A stretch of 64,000 bases of DNA. Source: an uncultured Verrucomicrobiae bacterium (GTDB lineage Bacteria; Verrucomicrobiota; Verrucomicrobiia; Limisphaerales; Palsa-1400). Below are positions 48,069 through 60,211 of the stretch, piece after piece. A program made the translations under genes and the position numbers. The stretch lies in assembly GCA_963702845.1 (NCBI GenBank), contig OY969763.1, positions 1,024,001 to 1,088,000 on the forward strand, given 5' to 3'. Position 1 is the first letter of the stretch. The number at the start of each line of letters is the position of its first letter. The notes beneath the pieces were generated by a model that saw nothing but the letters and a program-made list of their open reading frames with translations, had not been told where the DNA came from and did no database searches.

Positions 48069-49899
48069 ATGGATAGTATTGGTGTTCACCGCCCACGCAA
48101 CGTGGGTTGGAAGCGGGCGGCTGGCTTACTTTATGGTGACTGGGGCACGAGCAAGGCCTATGTCATCGGCGCGGCCTTTTACGCAACCGGCTACGCTTCG
48201 TTGCCGATGATCCTCGCGGTCTGCGCGCTGACCGGACTTGTCGGATACAATTATCGCATCATTTGCCGCCATTTTCCCGACGGCGGCGGCGTTTACTCGG
48301 CCGCGCGAAGCCAGAGCCGCCTGCTTGCCGTTGTCGGCGCGTTGATGCTTGTGGCCGACCTGACCGTCACCGCTTCGCTGAGCGGATTCCAAGCGTTCAC
48401 GTATCTGCTGAGCCATTTTCACCCCAGCAACGGCTGGCTTGTTTTCGCCACCATCGGTCTCATCTGTGGCGTCGGGGCTGTCAACGCTTACGGTCCGAAA
48501 CACTCCGGCAGCATGGCCGTTGTGCTTTGCGTGCCGATGGTGATCGTGGTCGTCGGTATCCTCGCGATGAGCGCGCCGCATTTGACGACCGTGCACCTTG
48601 AGAAAATGCAGGGCACCTTCAGGGAACACTGGACCGGGTTCGTGGCGATCATTCTGGCGCTGAGCGGTGTCGAATCCATTGCCAACATGACTGGGGTGAT
48701 GACGCTGGACAAGGGTTCAACGATGGACCACCCGCGAGTCGACAAAACTTCGGGCAAAGCCATTTTGTGGGTCGCGATCGAAGTCTGCATCGGCACGTCG
48801 CTGCTCGCCTGGGCCATGCTTTCGTTGCCGCAAACCTACAAAGCAGAACTGCACGATCGTTGGGAAGATATGCTGAACGTCCTCGCCGAAAAATACGGCG
48901 AGATGACGTTTCACAGCGCAGCGGCTGGACAGGTTTGCGGCTATATTACCGCAATTATCGTCGGCTTGCTGTTGCTCAGCGCTGTAAATACTGCGATCAG
49001 CGCTTTGATCGGCTTGTTCTATATGATGGCGCGCGACGGCGAAATGCCGCGACCTTTGTTGCGCCTCAATTCCCACGGCGTGCCGATTCTCCCGCTGGTT
49101 ATCGCCACTGCGCTGCCAATCCTGGTGTTGATTGCGTCGCCCGACACGATGTCACTGATGGAGCTTTATGCTATCGGTGTCGTCGGCGCGATCATGCTTA
49201 ACCTCGGTTCTTGCATCCTGAACAAGAAACTCGGGCTCAATTGGCGTGAAGTTTCTGTGATGAGCGTTACGTTTGTCATGTTGCTTGCAGTTGAATTCAC
49301 ACTCGCCAAAACGAAGCCCAACGCACTTTTCTTCATTGTCTGCATTCTTGTGGTCGGTCTTACCTTGCGTTCATGGTCGCAACGCCGCGCTGGATTGCGT
49401 ACCGTCACTGTCGCTGAACACGTCGCTGCAGCTGTTTCTCCGGAGCGAAGTGCGTGAATTCAAACTCAACCTTGTTCCTGGCCAAACTATTCTCGTCGCC
49501 GCCCGCGGCTTGACGCCTGTCTTCCGTTACGCGATGGAAGAAGCCCAACTGCGCCAGGGCACGCTTTACGTCCTTTACGTCAAAGAACTCGCCGTTAACT
49601 TGCCCGGCCCATTACCCACCGGCGAACGTCCCCGTTGGCAGGACGACAAACACGCTGCCGAGATCATGTATGGTATGGTCGATGCCGGGCAAGAAGAACA
49701 GCGTCACCGTCGTGCCGCTTTACACCATCAGCGAAAACCCGCGACCACGATTCTCGACATGTCCGCAACCCTCGGCGTCGACATCCTCGCCCTCGGCTCC
49801 GCCCATCGCAATCGTCTGGTCTCACTATTGAAAGGCGACGTCGTCACCGAAGTTGCCAAGAACCTTCCGGAGAACATTCAATTAGTAATTTACAGTTAA
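48069..49899 (+). CDS. APC-family permease with C-terminal universal stress protein domain (frameshifts near 49450 and 49690)
   Basis: GDWGTSKAY, PDGGGVY, about 12 TMs; second frame LYVLYV...LLKGDVVTEV (USP). Confidence 0.85.
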
Positions 49900-49949
49900 A
49901 GTTTGGAGCTTGGCGGTTGAAGTCTCTCTGAAGTTTGGAATTTGAAGTT

Positions 49950-51243
49950 CTACGACTGAACTTCCACTTTACCCTCACGCACCGGTTCTTTTACCGGTTC
50001 TGCCTGCACCAATCTCCCAAACTTCCGTATCTCCGGCCAAAACCCTGCCACGCCGCAACCGTGACAATCGTCGCAATACCTCCCGAAACCACCGAGAACA
50101 CCGGCCCCAGGTATTGGCTGACAGCTGCCAGATTCAAACCCACCCAATTCATTCGACGTTCCGATAAACAGATTGTTCACCGCCGAAACACGCCCACGCA
50201 TTTCATCCGGCGTCAATAATTGCACCAACGTATGCCGCACAATCACGCTGATGTTATCCGCGAACCCGCAGATAAACAGCGTCGACCATCGAAAACCAAA
50301 ACGAGCGCGAAATGCCAAACACAATCGTCGCCGCACCAAATACGCGACCGCAAAATTAATGAACGTCCCGCCTTTTGCATTGGTGGCCGATGCGCCATGT
50401 AAAGCGCGCACACCAGCGATCCAATCGGCAACGCCGCTTGCAACAGCCCAAGCCCTTGCGGGCCCACATGCAAAATCTCCTTCGCATACTGCGGCAACAG
50501 CGCGGTCGCGCCACCAAAGAACACCGCAAACAAATCCAACGTGATCGCGCCCGGAAATGATGCGGTTGCGAAATACAAAATGAAATCCGCCAATGAATAC
50601 TTTGCCAGCGAAAACTCCTGCTTCGGCGCAAGCTGTTGTTTGATGCGGACCATCAGCACCAACCCCAAACAGACGAAAACCGCCACTGCATTCGTCACGT
50701 AAACTGGCACGGCGCTATTCGTCAGCGCGATAATCGCTCCCCCGGCTGCCGGTCCCGCCACCGCTGAAAATTGAAAACTCGCTCGTCGCCCACGTCAGTG
50801 CGCGAGGGAACTCTTCGCGTGAGACCAACAGCGGCAAAAACGACGCGCTCGCCGACCATAGAAACGTTCGCGCAATTCCAGAGATAACCAAACACGCAAA
50901 AACCCAACCAACATTAATATGCGATACCGAAATGGCCGCCAGCCCGGCTGATGCCAGGCCCACAATTGCCAGCATGCTGACGATAACACGTTTGCGTTCG
51001 CGCGTGTCTGCGACGTGTCCGGCGGGCAACGTCATCAGGACCATGGGGACGAATTGCGTCAAGGCCCACCAAACCTAGATAGAGCGGGGACCGCGTGCGT
51101 TCGTATAACTCCCAACCGACGGCCACGGTCAGCATCTGCTGTCCGAACGAAGCGACGAATCTTCCTATGACGTACGGTAAAAAATTGCGGTTCCGAAGAA
51201 CCGCATACGGACTGTCGCTTGGGGGCGCCGACTGTGACTGCAC
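49950..51243 (-). CDS. MFS transporter (EntS/DUF-type), several frameshifts
   Basis: Fragments [41 protein letters not shown] in successive frames. Confidence 0.85.
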
Positions 51244-51289
51244 GCTACTAGTGTTCCTGATTTTACCACGAGTGCAAGTATCGCGGCTT

Positions 51290-53184
51290 CAGAAGTGAAG
51301 GTTCGGCTAACCGGCAAGGTCTACCATCTCCAGATAGCCTTGGCCCGTCTCGCTGTAAGAAAAGCCGAGCGTGTAATTGAGGATGCGCTCGGCTTCTTTC
51401 CAGTCGCCGATTTGCATCATGTGCCATGCTTTATAGATGAGCGCCGTAAGTGATCATTCGGCGCGAGCTTGAGCGCTTTTTCAAAATATTTCGCCGCTTC
51501 ATCGTGCTTGTCCAACCAATCGAAACACATCCCGTACCGCATCGGTGAATAGGGATCGTAAGGGTTTGCCATCGAGGCGCGTTCATACCACTTCATCGCG
51601 TCGGGTATAGTTTCTGGTAACCGTGACTGTTCCAGCCTTGCAAGCGCAGGCATTCGCCGATCTCGTAAGCGGTTTGGTAATTATCCGGCGCAACCTCCAA
51701 CGCTCGCATCAGCGTCGTTTGTTTTTCGGTGCCGTAATTCTCGATCTGTTGCGCGCGGGTTAATAAATCGTATTCGCGTTGATCCGTGAGCGCCTGATTG
51801 CCGACGTAAATTCCGACTGCTGCAATACATAACGTCAAAGCGAGTTTGCCGGCGAGGCGTGGGTTGAGCCAGAAACCTTCCGTCGCAAACCGCCAGTGAG
51901 CCGTCAAGGAAGCCGGCCAGCACCGTTGCGATCACGGCGTTGGCCGGGATATGCAGGTTGAAGTCGGTGAACGAGTGCAAAAGGATTGCGAACAGAGCGA
52001 ACGCCGCGCCGAATACAAACGCACCTTTGTTACTGCGCATGCTGCCGAGTTCGTTTGGTTGTTTGCGAACGAACGGCCACGTGCGCCAAACTCCGCGATA
52101 GAGCAGGGCACAACAACCAAGCACAACGCCAGTCCAACTGCGCCCCAATCGCATAGTGCGTTGAGATAATCGTTGTGAGAGAATTGCGCGCGCTCCTGGA
52201 ACGACTTTGGCGCGTATTCGCGAAACTCATAATCGAAGTGCCCAGGGCCGGGGCCGAGGATTGGCGCTTTCGCGTAGATATTTTTGGCGGCGTCCCAGAT
52301 AACAACGCGCGAATCTTGAACTTCGCCTGAATCGGTGAACAGCTTGCCAAAGCGGCGTTCGACAGAGCCCATTTGTGTCAGCGCGCCGCAAATCAATGCG
52401 ATAAGGAGAATGAGACACAAGGCGGCTTTCAGCCAGAAGTCGCGTTGGAAGAGCAGAGCGACGAAGACGGCGGTCAGCATGATGCCAGTGGCCATCATGC
52501 CGCCGCGCGAGAGCGACATGCAGATCGCAGTGATCATCATCAACGCGCAATAAGCCAGCAGGACCTTCACCACAATTGGCAGGCGGCCCATGAACATGTA
52601 GGCGATGGCGAGTGGGACTATCAATTCGAGAAAGCCGGCGAGGTGGTTGGGATTGACGAATGTGCCGCTGGCGCGAGCGAGGAACTGCGGCGGTTTGTAG
52701 AGGCCCCAGATGTTGCCGTTGTGCGTCGAGAATTGGTAGATTGCTAGTGCCGACACACCGAGGGCAAGGCAGACCAGGGCCATGCTGAGGACGGTGGCGG
52801 AGTTGCGCCGGGTCAGGTTGTTGGTCGCGAGGAAAAACAGCGAAGCATAGGTCAGGATGCTCGCCATGTCGTGACGGGCGGGATAGTGCAGATTGTTGGT
52901 GAGACAACGAACGATGGCGTAGAGCACAAACGCAAGGACGGCCCAACTAACCGGTGGCCAGAGCAAGCCGGAAGCGGGGTTTGAACCAGATTCGCACCAG
53001 CCACAAAGCAAGGCCAACAATGGTCAGGCCTTGAACGATGACGAAATCCGGAGTCCGGACGCCGCCGAAAGCGAGCACTGCGTAAATCAGCGCTGCTAAA
53101 ATGACCCCGAGAATCCCGCGTTCACAAAACCGGTCAATCGCTTTCGGCGCCGCGTTCGGCGGCTGGTTGTTCCGCTGTTTCCAA
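51290..53184 (-). CDS. O-antigen ligase (Wzy_C) family protein with C-terminal TPR, frameshifted; ends approximate
   Basis: RASGTFVNPNHLAG, SLSRGG, GPGPG, HNDYL, LHSFTDFNLHIPAN, TPR helices. Confidence 0.82.
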
Positions 53185-53221
53185 AATATCTACCGCTTGC
53201 TGACGCGCACGGCTCTGTTCG

Positions 53222-54592
53222 TTAGCTCACGTATTCGCGCGGGTCGGTAATGTGACCCGTCAACGCGCTCGCGGCGACTGTCATTGGCGAGGCGAGGAAT
53301 ACTTGCGATTCTTTGTGTCCCATGCGACCGGGGAAATTTCGGTTCGTCGCACTGATGCATTTCATCGGAGAGTTCATGCGGCCGAATGTGTCGACTGGAC
53401 CACCGAGACAGGCGGCGCAACCGGCGTTTTCGGTCATCTGCACACCGGCGTCGACGAGGATTTGCCAGACGGTCTTGTCGCCCCAACGCGCGGTTTGGAG
53501 ATCATGCACGATTTCCGGTGTCGCAGGAACGCCGAAGGTGTCGATGACAACTTTCTTGCCGTTGAGCACGCGGGCGAATTCGAGGAAGTCGCTCGTCTTG
53601 CCACCTGTGCAAGAGCCGACGTAAGCGCGGTCGAGCTTGGTAGCGGTCATCGTCTTGGCGAGCTTGCGCTGGCCGGGGTCAGGATGACAGGCAACGGTCG
53701 GTTCGAGTTGGTTGAGATCGACCACTTTTTCGTAAATGAATTTTTCGTCGCTGTCGCGTTCGACCGGGGTGTAAGTGGCTTTGGTGCCGTTGAGTTGGCA
53801 GCGAGCATCGACAAACGCTTTCGTTTGCGCGTCGAATTCGAAAATGCCGTTTTTGCCGCCGGCTTCAATGGCCATATTAGCGACGGTCATACGGTCGTCG
53901 ATGGAGAGATTGCTCGCGCCTTCGCCGTCAAACTGCATGGCACGATAGGTTGCGCCGTCAAACCCGATTTCGCCGATGCAATGGAGGATGATGTCTTTTG
54001 CCATCACGCCTTTTTGCATTTTGCCTTCGAGACGGAAATGCATTGTCTCGGGGACCTTGAGCAAGAGTTTGCCGGTGCCCATGACGAAACCAGCGTCGGT
54101 GTTGCCGATGCCGGTGGCGAATTCATTGAACGCGCCAGCCATGCAGGTGTGGGAATCGGTGCCGAAAAGGATTTCGCCGGGACGGGTGTGGCCTTTTTGG
54201 GGCAAGGCAGTGTGGCATACGCCCGCGTAACGGGAGCCGTATTGTTTCTGCAACTTGCCTTTGCTGGCGTCGAATTTCCAGGTGCCGTTCGGGTCGTCGA
54301 TGACGTCGTAGAAATAGGGCAATCCTTGTTCGCGGACGAAATCGCGGAGGATGTCGACGTTACGATTCGAGAGCGAGTCGGCGGTAAAGATATAGTGGTC
54401 AGGGATAATGACGATTTTGTTTTTGTCCCAGACTTTGGCGGTTTTGCCGAATTCACGTTTGAACACGCCGATGGTGCCGGGGCCGCAAACGTCGTGTGTC
54501 ATGAGCACGTCGGCGTTGACCCAGATATTGTCACCGGCCTGCACCCGGGTTTTTCCCGCAGCGCGAGCTAAAATCTTTTCAGTTAACGTCAT
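53222..54592 (-). CDS. leuC: 3-isopropylmalate dehydratase/homoaconitase large subunit
   Basis: MTLTEKILA, PDH, GTDSHTC, GSCTGG, CAACLG, NRNFPGRMG; start trimmed. Confidence 0.9.
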   Translation of the reverse strand: MTLTEKILARAAGKTRVQAGDNIWVNADVLMTHDVCGPGTIGVFKREFGKTAKVWDKNKIVIIPDHYIFTADSLSNRNVDILRDFVREQGLPYFYDVIDDPNGTWKFDASKGKLQKQYGSRYAGVCHTALPQKGHTRPGEILFGTDSHTCMAGAFNEFATGIGNTDAGFVMGTGKLLLKVPETMHFRLEGKMQKGVMAKDIILHCIGEIGFDGATYRAMQFDGEGASNLSIDDRMTVANMAIEAGGKNGIFEFDAQTKAFVDARCQLNGTKATYTPVERDSDEKFIYEKVVDLNQLEPTVACHPDPGQRKLAKTMTATKLDRAYVGSCTGGKTSDFLEFARVLNGKKVVIDTFGVPATPEIVHDLQTARWGDKTVWQILVDAGVQMTENAGCAACLGGPVDTFGRMNSPMKCISATNRNFPGRMGHKESQVFLASPMTVAASALTGHITDPREYVS

Positions 54593-54690
54593 AATCGAAG
54601 TCCTTAGCGTAACGTAGGATGGGGAAACTTCAAACTGCAAATGCCAGGGCAGAGATCGAGCCTTTGCACAAATTTTTTTTCGGTCGGTTA

Positions 54691-54872
54691 ATGGGCGGTA
54701 GTGGACGTAATTGGTTGGATGTGGGCGCAATTGGGCGAAAGTGGGCAGCCCCTGGGCGGCGCGGTGGACGGTAATGGGCAGGGTGGATGTGGATATTTTA
54801 ATTTTACTGCGGATAACCGCGGATTGAGCAGCGAATTTTAGTTTGGTGATATTTACTGATACTTGGTGATAT
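54691..54872. repeat. Second intergenic element of 10-bp-phased repeats
   Basis: TGG at 54692/702/712/722/732/742; GCGGAT at 54809/819; TGATAY at 54847/857/867. Confidence 0.7.
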
Positions 54873-55384
54873 CTGCCTCCGCCAAGCTTGCCCATGATCG
54901 CTGGGCACACCGCTGGCGTCAGATTCATTCCTGGGTCCCGGTTGGCATCGCAATCTGTTTCTTTCACGTCGGGATTGTGACGGAAGTAGCTAATCTGTCA
55001 AAAAATGTAGGGAAAGGAGGGAAGTCAGGGAAAGGAGGGAAAGAAACGACACATTGTTGTGACAAAAAGTTTCCATGTGATGTGGTTGGCACGGAAGTTG
55101 AGTTGCGTGCAAATATGACAATACCACGAACCGACCCGTTCTTTGGGCTACAATTATGTCACGCCTAACGGGGTTTCTAAGTGATGTGGTCGGTCCAACA
55201 TATTTATACTTATTGGACACGACGTTGTCTTTAGAAGCTGTCAAAGGCTGTGATGCAGAAACGGGAGTATAAATGTGGGGGGACCGCCCTTTATGCGGAC
55301 ACAAGGATCCTCATGTCGTTGTGGCAAGAGTTAGAACTGACACGCGCTCGATTTTGATGAGCAGCGTAAACAAACGAATCGCTA

Positions 55385-56047
55385 CTACGAGCGTTTCGGC
55401 CAGAGCCATTGGCAAAAACCCAAATGTCTGTCCGTGTCGCCTTTCAGACCATGACTGTAGCGGATGACGGTATCGAGTCCGAGCAGAGCCAACAGCGCCA
55501 AATCATAGAGGATAAAGGCTCTTCCAAAGGTTTGGGTCAGTAATCCACCGCCGAATCGGCCGACGAAAACTCCTTGCAACGAAAGAGAGCAGAATGTGAG
55601 GAAGACCGAAGCGCTGGTGATCGACTGAGGATCGAATCCGCATCGCGACAATGTTCCATTTTTGAAATCAGACCAGGCAAGGCCTAGAAATGGGTACAAC
55701 GGAACGAGCACATTGTAGAAACGATCGTGCCCACGAACGGACCCGGCCAGGCGATTGCGTGCGATCACGTAATCTTCGTCGTAACGAATGCTTTGGGGGG
55801 ATTCGGCACCGTGCAGGTCTTCGGGCCATGGCACAAGTTCATAGATGACGCCGCGTGGCGGTTGACCCGTTCGTTTCGATCGCAGATAATATTTCTGGTC
55901 GCGAAACCAAATCGGGACTTTGCAGAACTCGCGAATCCGCCAGTCCATCGCTTCGGTTGCGTGAATAACAACGAGGTCGCCTTCAAAAACAACTTTGTCA
56001 GTAGCGATGAAGAGTTCTGTGTCGCGATGCATGTCTTGCGTTTGCAT
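55385..56047 (-). CDS. Hypothetical membrane protein
   Basis: 220-aa ORF with plausible composition and C-terminal hydrophobic helices; no family recognised. Confidence 0.6.
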   Translation of the reverse strand: MQTQDMHRDTELFIATDKVVFEGDLVVIHATEAMDWRIREFCKVPIWFRDQKYYLRSKRTGQPPRGVIYELVPWPEDLHGAESPQSIRYDEDYVIARNRLAGSVRGHDRFYNVLVPLYPFLGLAWSDFKNGTLSRCGFDPQSITSASVFLTFCSLSLQGVFVGRFGGGLLTQTFGRAFILYDLALLALLGLDTVIRYSHGLKGDTDRHLGFCQWLWPKRS

Positions 56048-56329
56048 AGGGTGAATGATTGATGATCGTTTTTTCTGCTCACTTAAGCAGGGCGAATCGG
56101 GACTGTCCTTCCGACGCGTTTTTTATGCCGCCATCGAAATCCAGGGCAGTGAGATGCCACAATTCGCTTTGTTGAGTCATGTTTCCTTTCCTTCTGCGTT
56201 TGTCAGGGACAAGTCGACACTCCCGCCCGAGGCGTAATTCCCACTAAAAATTTAGTGTCAACAGAACGTGTAAAAGCAGGTCCAATGCCAATTGCGGGCG
56301 GCTTTACTGCAAAAAGTAAATCGGACGGA

Positions 56330-56638
56330 TGGCGATGGCTGACGGCATTCTTGTCACCCGCGTCAAACACAGCCGTGGCAGAAACGTCATTGCCACCGTT
56401 TTGTGCGGCGGAAAGATTAAGGGCCGGACCAAAGACCTTCTCTGATTGACTCGTGGCACCTGATGTTCTGGTTGATACCAGCGTTATTGCGGACGTTCTG
56501 ACCAAAGATCCAGATTGGTTTGATTGGTCATCTGCAGAATTAGAAAGCTGGGCTGATCCTGGCCCCAAGTTTTCGTCTATCGGCGTTTTCCAACTTCAGA
56601 TTGACGCCACACAGGCATTTGCTACGCTTTTCCCGTGA
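56330..56638 (+). pseudogene. Decayed VapBC-type toxin-antitoxin pair (AbrB-like antitoxin end + PIN N-terminus)
   Basis: DGILVTRVKHSRGRNVI...TKDLL*LTRG followed by VLVDTSVIADVLTKDPDWFDWS, then truncation. Confidence 0.6.
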
Positions 56639-56716
56639 ATATTTAGTGCTCGATTTTACTTTACCAGCCTGTCGGCTCCGCGCCCGAAGCTGCTTTAGAG
56701 ATTCGATTTCCTAAAC

Positions 56717-56745
56717 AGCCCCGACGCGGATGTCGGGGCTTTTTT
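56717..56745 (+). terminator. Terminator hairpin in the aroF leader (candidate attenuator)
   Basis: agccccgacg-cgga-tgtcggggct followed by TTTTT, 33 bp before the aroF start. Confidence 0.78.
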
Positions 56746-56778
56746 ATTATTCCCGAAACAAATTAACTATCGCGAATT

Positions 56779-57794
56779 ATGATTATTGTCCTGAAGCCGA
56801 ATATCTCGAAAAAAGACGAGAACGAAGTCCTTAAGGAGATCAAAAAGCTCGGCTACCGCCCGCACGTCATGCGCGGCGTCGAACGCACGGTCGTCGGCGC
56901 GATCGGCGACGAACGCACGCACACATCCCTCGAAGTCCTCGGCTCGTGGCCGCAGGTCGAGAGCGTCATGCCCGTGCAGAAGAAATACAAACTCGTCAGC
57001 CGCGAAGCTCACAAAATCACTTCCACCATCAAAGTTGGTAAACAGATCATCGGCGGCAAAAAACTTCAGATCATGGCCGGGCCGTGCTCTGTTGAAGATG
57101 AAGTTCAATTGATGACCACCGCTCATTCCGTGGCGAAAGCCGGCGCGACGATCCTGCGCGGCGGCGCTTTCAAGCCGCGCACTTCGCCCTACGAATTCCA
57201 GGGCCTCGGCGAAAAGGGGCTGAAACTTTTGGCCAAAGCCCGTCGTGAAACTGGGCTGTACGTGATTACCGAATTGCTTTCGGAAGCCCACGCCGAACTC
57301 GTCGCCGAATATAGCGATATTCTCCAAATCGGCGCGCGCAACGCCCAGAACTTTCCAATTGCTCATCGCTGCGGCAAAAACCGGCAAACCCGTCCTGCTC
57401 AAGCGCGGCCTTTCGATGCGCATCGAAGAATGGCTGCTCGCCGGCGAATACGTTTTGTCGAACAACAACCCGAACTTGATGTTCTGCGAACGCGGCATCC
57501 GCACCTTCGAGACCTACACCCGCAACACGCTGGATCTTTCGACCATCCCGATCATCAAGAAAGAATCGCACTGCCCGATCGTCATCGATCCGAGCCAGGG
57601 CGCAGGCCGTGCCGACCTCGTTGTCGCGATGTGCAAAGGCGCGGCTGGCGATGGGAGCCGATGCGTTGCTCATCGAAGTGCATCCGAATCCGGCGGAAGC
57701 CTGGAGCGACGGCGCGCAGCAATTGTCGTTGGATGGCTTCGCGAAATTGATGGAAGAACTGAAGCCGTTCATCGCGGCGGCGGGACGCGAGTAA
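56779..57794 (+). CDS. aroF: DAHP synthase, class I-beta with N-terminal regulatory domain (2 frameshifts)
   Basis: [46 protein letters not shown]. Confidence 0.92.
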
Positions 57795-57829
57795 GGCTAA
57801 AACAGCGTCACTCCATGACGCTTCGTCAG

Positions 57830-59561
57830 TTATGATGCGGGTTGCCAATCTGCAATCTTCATTTGAACCGAGCGGCGTCCGTTGAACTCATTGATTTGCG
57901 GGGTAAAGGCGAGGTCGAAACGGATTTTGGCAGAGTTCGGCATCGCCGCAGTTGAACCACACAGCCTCGACCATTTTAGTTCCATCGGTCACACGAAATT
58001 TCACGTGCTGGTTCTCTTTGCCCATGCGTTGAGGTGGTTGTTGATGGGACGAGTCCACGAATGCAAAACGGAATCGCTGGATTCGCATGCCCGCTAGGTT
58101 GAAGTCGTTCCAATGCGGTGATGTTCTCGATGGTCATATCGCTCAGAGCGACTTCCCCATCGATTCGGAGATTCGGCTGCAAGATGTTCTGGTTTGAGCT
58201 GCGCGCGTGCGATTTCGTTTAGTCGCGCGCGGAGCAGATCAATTTTCGTGGCCTCGACGGTGATGCCAGCCGCCATAGCATGTCCGCCATGGCGCACAAG
58301 CAAGTCATTGCATTCACGCAAGCCAGCGGCGAGGTCAAAGCCTTCGATGCTGCGGCCGGACCCGCGGAACTGCCCCGAGTCGCCGCCAAGAATCAGCGTT
58401 GGGCGATGAAAAGTTTGCACCACGCGCGATGCGACGATGCCGACGACGCCGATGTGCCACGATTCGCGGGCTTCAACGATGACGTAATCAGTCTCAGGAT
58501 TGAACTGCGCTTTGGTGGCGCGCGATGGCTTCGATGGCGATGGCTCGTTCCAGGTTCTGGCGCTCGCGATTGTGCGAGTCGAGCGCGCTCGCGATTGGCG
58601 CAGCAGTGCCGACTGTCGTTTGAGAGCAGTAACTTTAAGCGCATCTTCCGCCGTCTCCAAACGGCCGGCGGCGTTGAGTCGCGGCGCGAGTTGAAAGCCG
58701 ACTTCGTACGCGCCGATGGTTTCCGGACAACGCGCAAAATGTTTTTAGCGCGATCAGTCCAGAGCGTTGCGTGTCGGTGAGATGCTTCAGGCCGGCGCTG
58801 GCGAAAATTCGATTTTCGCCAGTGAGCGGAACGAGGTCAGCAATCGTGCCGAGCGCGACGAGATCTAAGAAGTTTTTTAGATCAAAGTTGGCTGGCGATG
58901 GCGACATTGTCTTCGCGCAACGTTTCTGACCAGCGCATGCGCGAGTTTGAAGGCGAGCCCAACCGAACAGAGTTCGCGGAAACACGGTTCGGTTGCCGAG
59001 GCGAGTTGCGGGTTCACCAAGGCTTGCGCATTCGGATGCGGATTCGAAACCTGATGGTGATCGAGCACGAGAACATCAATGCCTTTATCGCCGAGCGTTT
59101 GAATGACGGTGTTCGAGGTAGAGCCGCAGTCAACCGCGAGCAGCAGTTTGACCGGGAATTTTTGCAGACAGTTCTCGACGGCTTCTGCGCTCAGTCCATA
59201 ACCTTCGTCGAAATCGGTTGGGAAGGTAGTAGTGAACTTTCCATCCCAGTGCGGTGAGCACTTCAACGAGCAACGCGGTCGACGTGACGCCATCAACATC
59301 GTAATCACCAAAGATGACGAGTGGTTCGTTGTTGTGGGCGAGCAGCGAAGAGGCGGTCAACCGCCATGCGCATATTCGGCAACAGAAATGGATCAGCAAG
59401 ATTTTTGAGTCGCGGTTCGAGAAAGATCGAGGCTGCGAACAACGGTTTGCAAAACCACGATTGACCAAACAGCGAGCGAGCAGGGGAGAGATCTTTAGTG
59501 CGTCAGTGAGTTGGCAACGAGCTGCGTCGTCCGCGGTTTGGATGCTCCACCGATACTTCAT
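57830..59561 (-). CDS. recJ: ssDNA exonuclease RecJ (frameshifted)
   Basis: GDYDVDG, DCG, DHH, GTIADLVPL, GSGRS, GGHAMAAG in successive frames. Confidence 0.92.
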
Positions 59562-60211
59562 TTCGCGAGCGAATGTACCAGTTTAAGAGCGTTGCGGAGA
59601 TGATGTGAAGAAAAAACAAAATAGGCCGTGGTGCACGCGGAGCGGCGTAACCAAGCCAGATCATCACGCCATCTTCTTCCATCATCGCGACAGACAACAA
59701 AACAATCGAGTAGCCCGGGAACATATTGGTGAACGGAACAGGAACCGGCGGAATCGGGAGTGCCAGCAGGAAAGCCATCCACGCGATGATCAGCGCGTTG
59801 ATCTTGCTGGGCGCGCGCCACGACATCCAGGGTGTGCGGCGAGGTTTGACCAGTTTTTCGATAAACCGCAATAGACGAACACTGGCGCGAAGCACTTTGT
59901 TCATCGCAGCTTTTGGCAAGGCGTAATCGCCGACAAATCTGGCAATCGCATCTGTCGTTCAAATGCCAGGCAACAAGGCCAGGAACATCAGGACCAAACC
60001 AAGCGCCACACTTACTCCCGGCAGGTAAACGAGGGCAGCGCGAGCAGGACAAAACGAGGAAAAGGCCGCGGCCTTCGGTTTGTTCGAGAAGGAAATTGAG
60101 CGTCAGTTTATCACGTGCCGATTCGTGCTGGAGGATGCCTTGCAGTCTGTCTGAAAGAGGTTGGTGCTGCTGCGTGTTCACGGTTACTGTTGTTGTGGCT
60201 TCTGTCGCCAT
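59558..60211 (-). CDS. ExoD-like exopolysaccharide synthesis membrane protein (frameshifted)
   Basis: [23 protein letters not shown]...PFTNMFP, EEDG. Confidence 0.75.
   Translation of the reverse strand: MATEATTTVTVNTQQHQPLSDRLQGILQHESARDKLTLNFLLEQTEGRGLFLVLSCSRCPRLPAGSKCGAWFGPDVPGLVAWHLNDRCDCQICRRLRLAKSCDEQSASRQCSSIAVYRKTGQTSPHTLDVVARAQQDQRADHRVDGFPAGTPDSAGSCSVHQYVPGLLDCFVVCRDDGRRWRDDLAWLRRSACTTAYFVFSSHHLRNALKLVHSLAK

Noticed and set aside
53252..54571. Long antisense ORFs (e.g. 439 aa opposite leuC, 313 aa opposite the M56 gene, 285 and 308 aa opposite the oxidoreductase)
   Set aside because: Shadow frames of well-supported genes in GC-rich DNA with no recognisable motifs.
54593..54967. 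125-aa N-terminal extension of LeuC given by the ORF track
   Set aside because: Runs through phased repeat DNA; the family starts at MTLTEKIL. Similar over-extensions were trimmed for prmC, blaI, gspE, gspG, gspJ, gspL and DUF3570.
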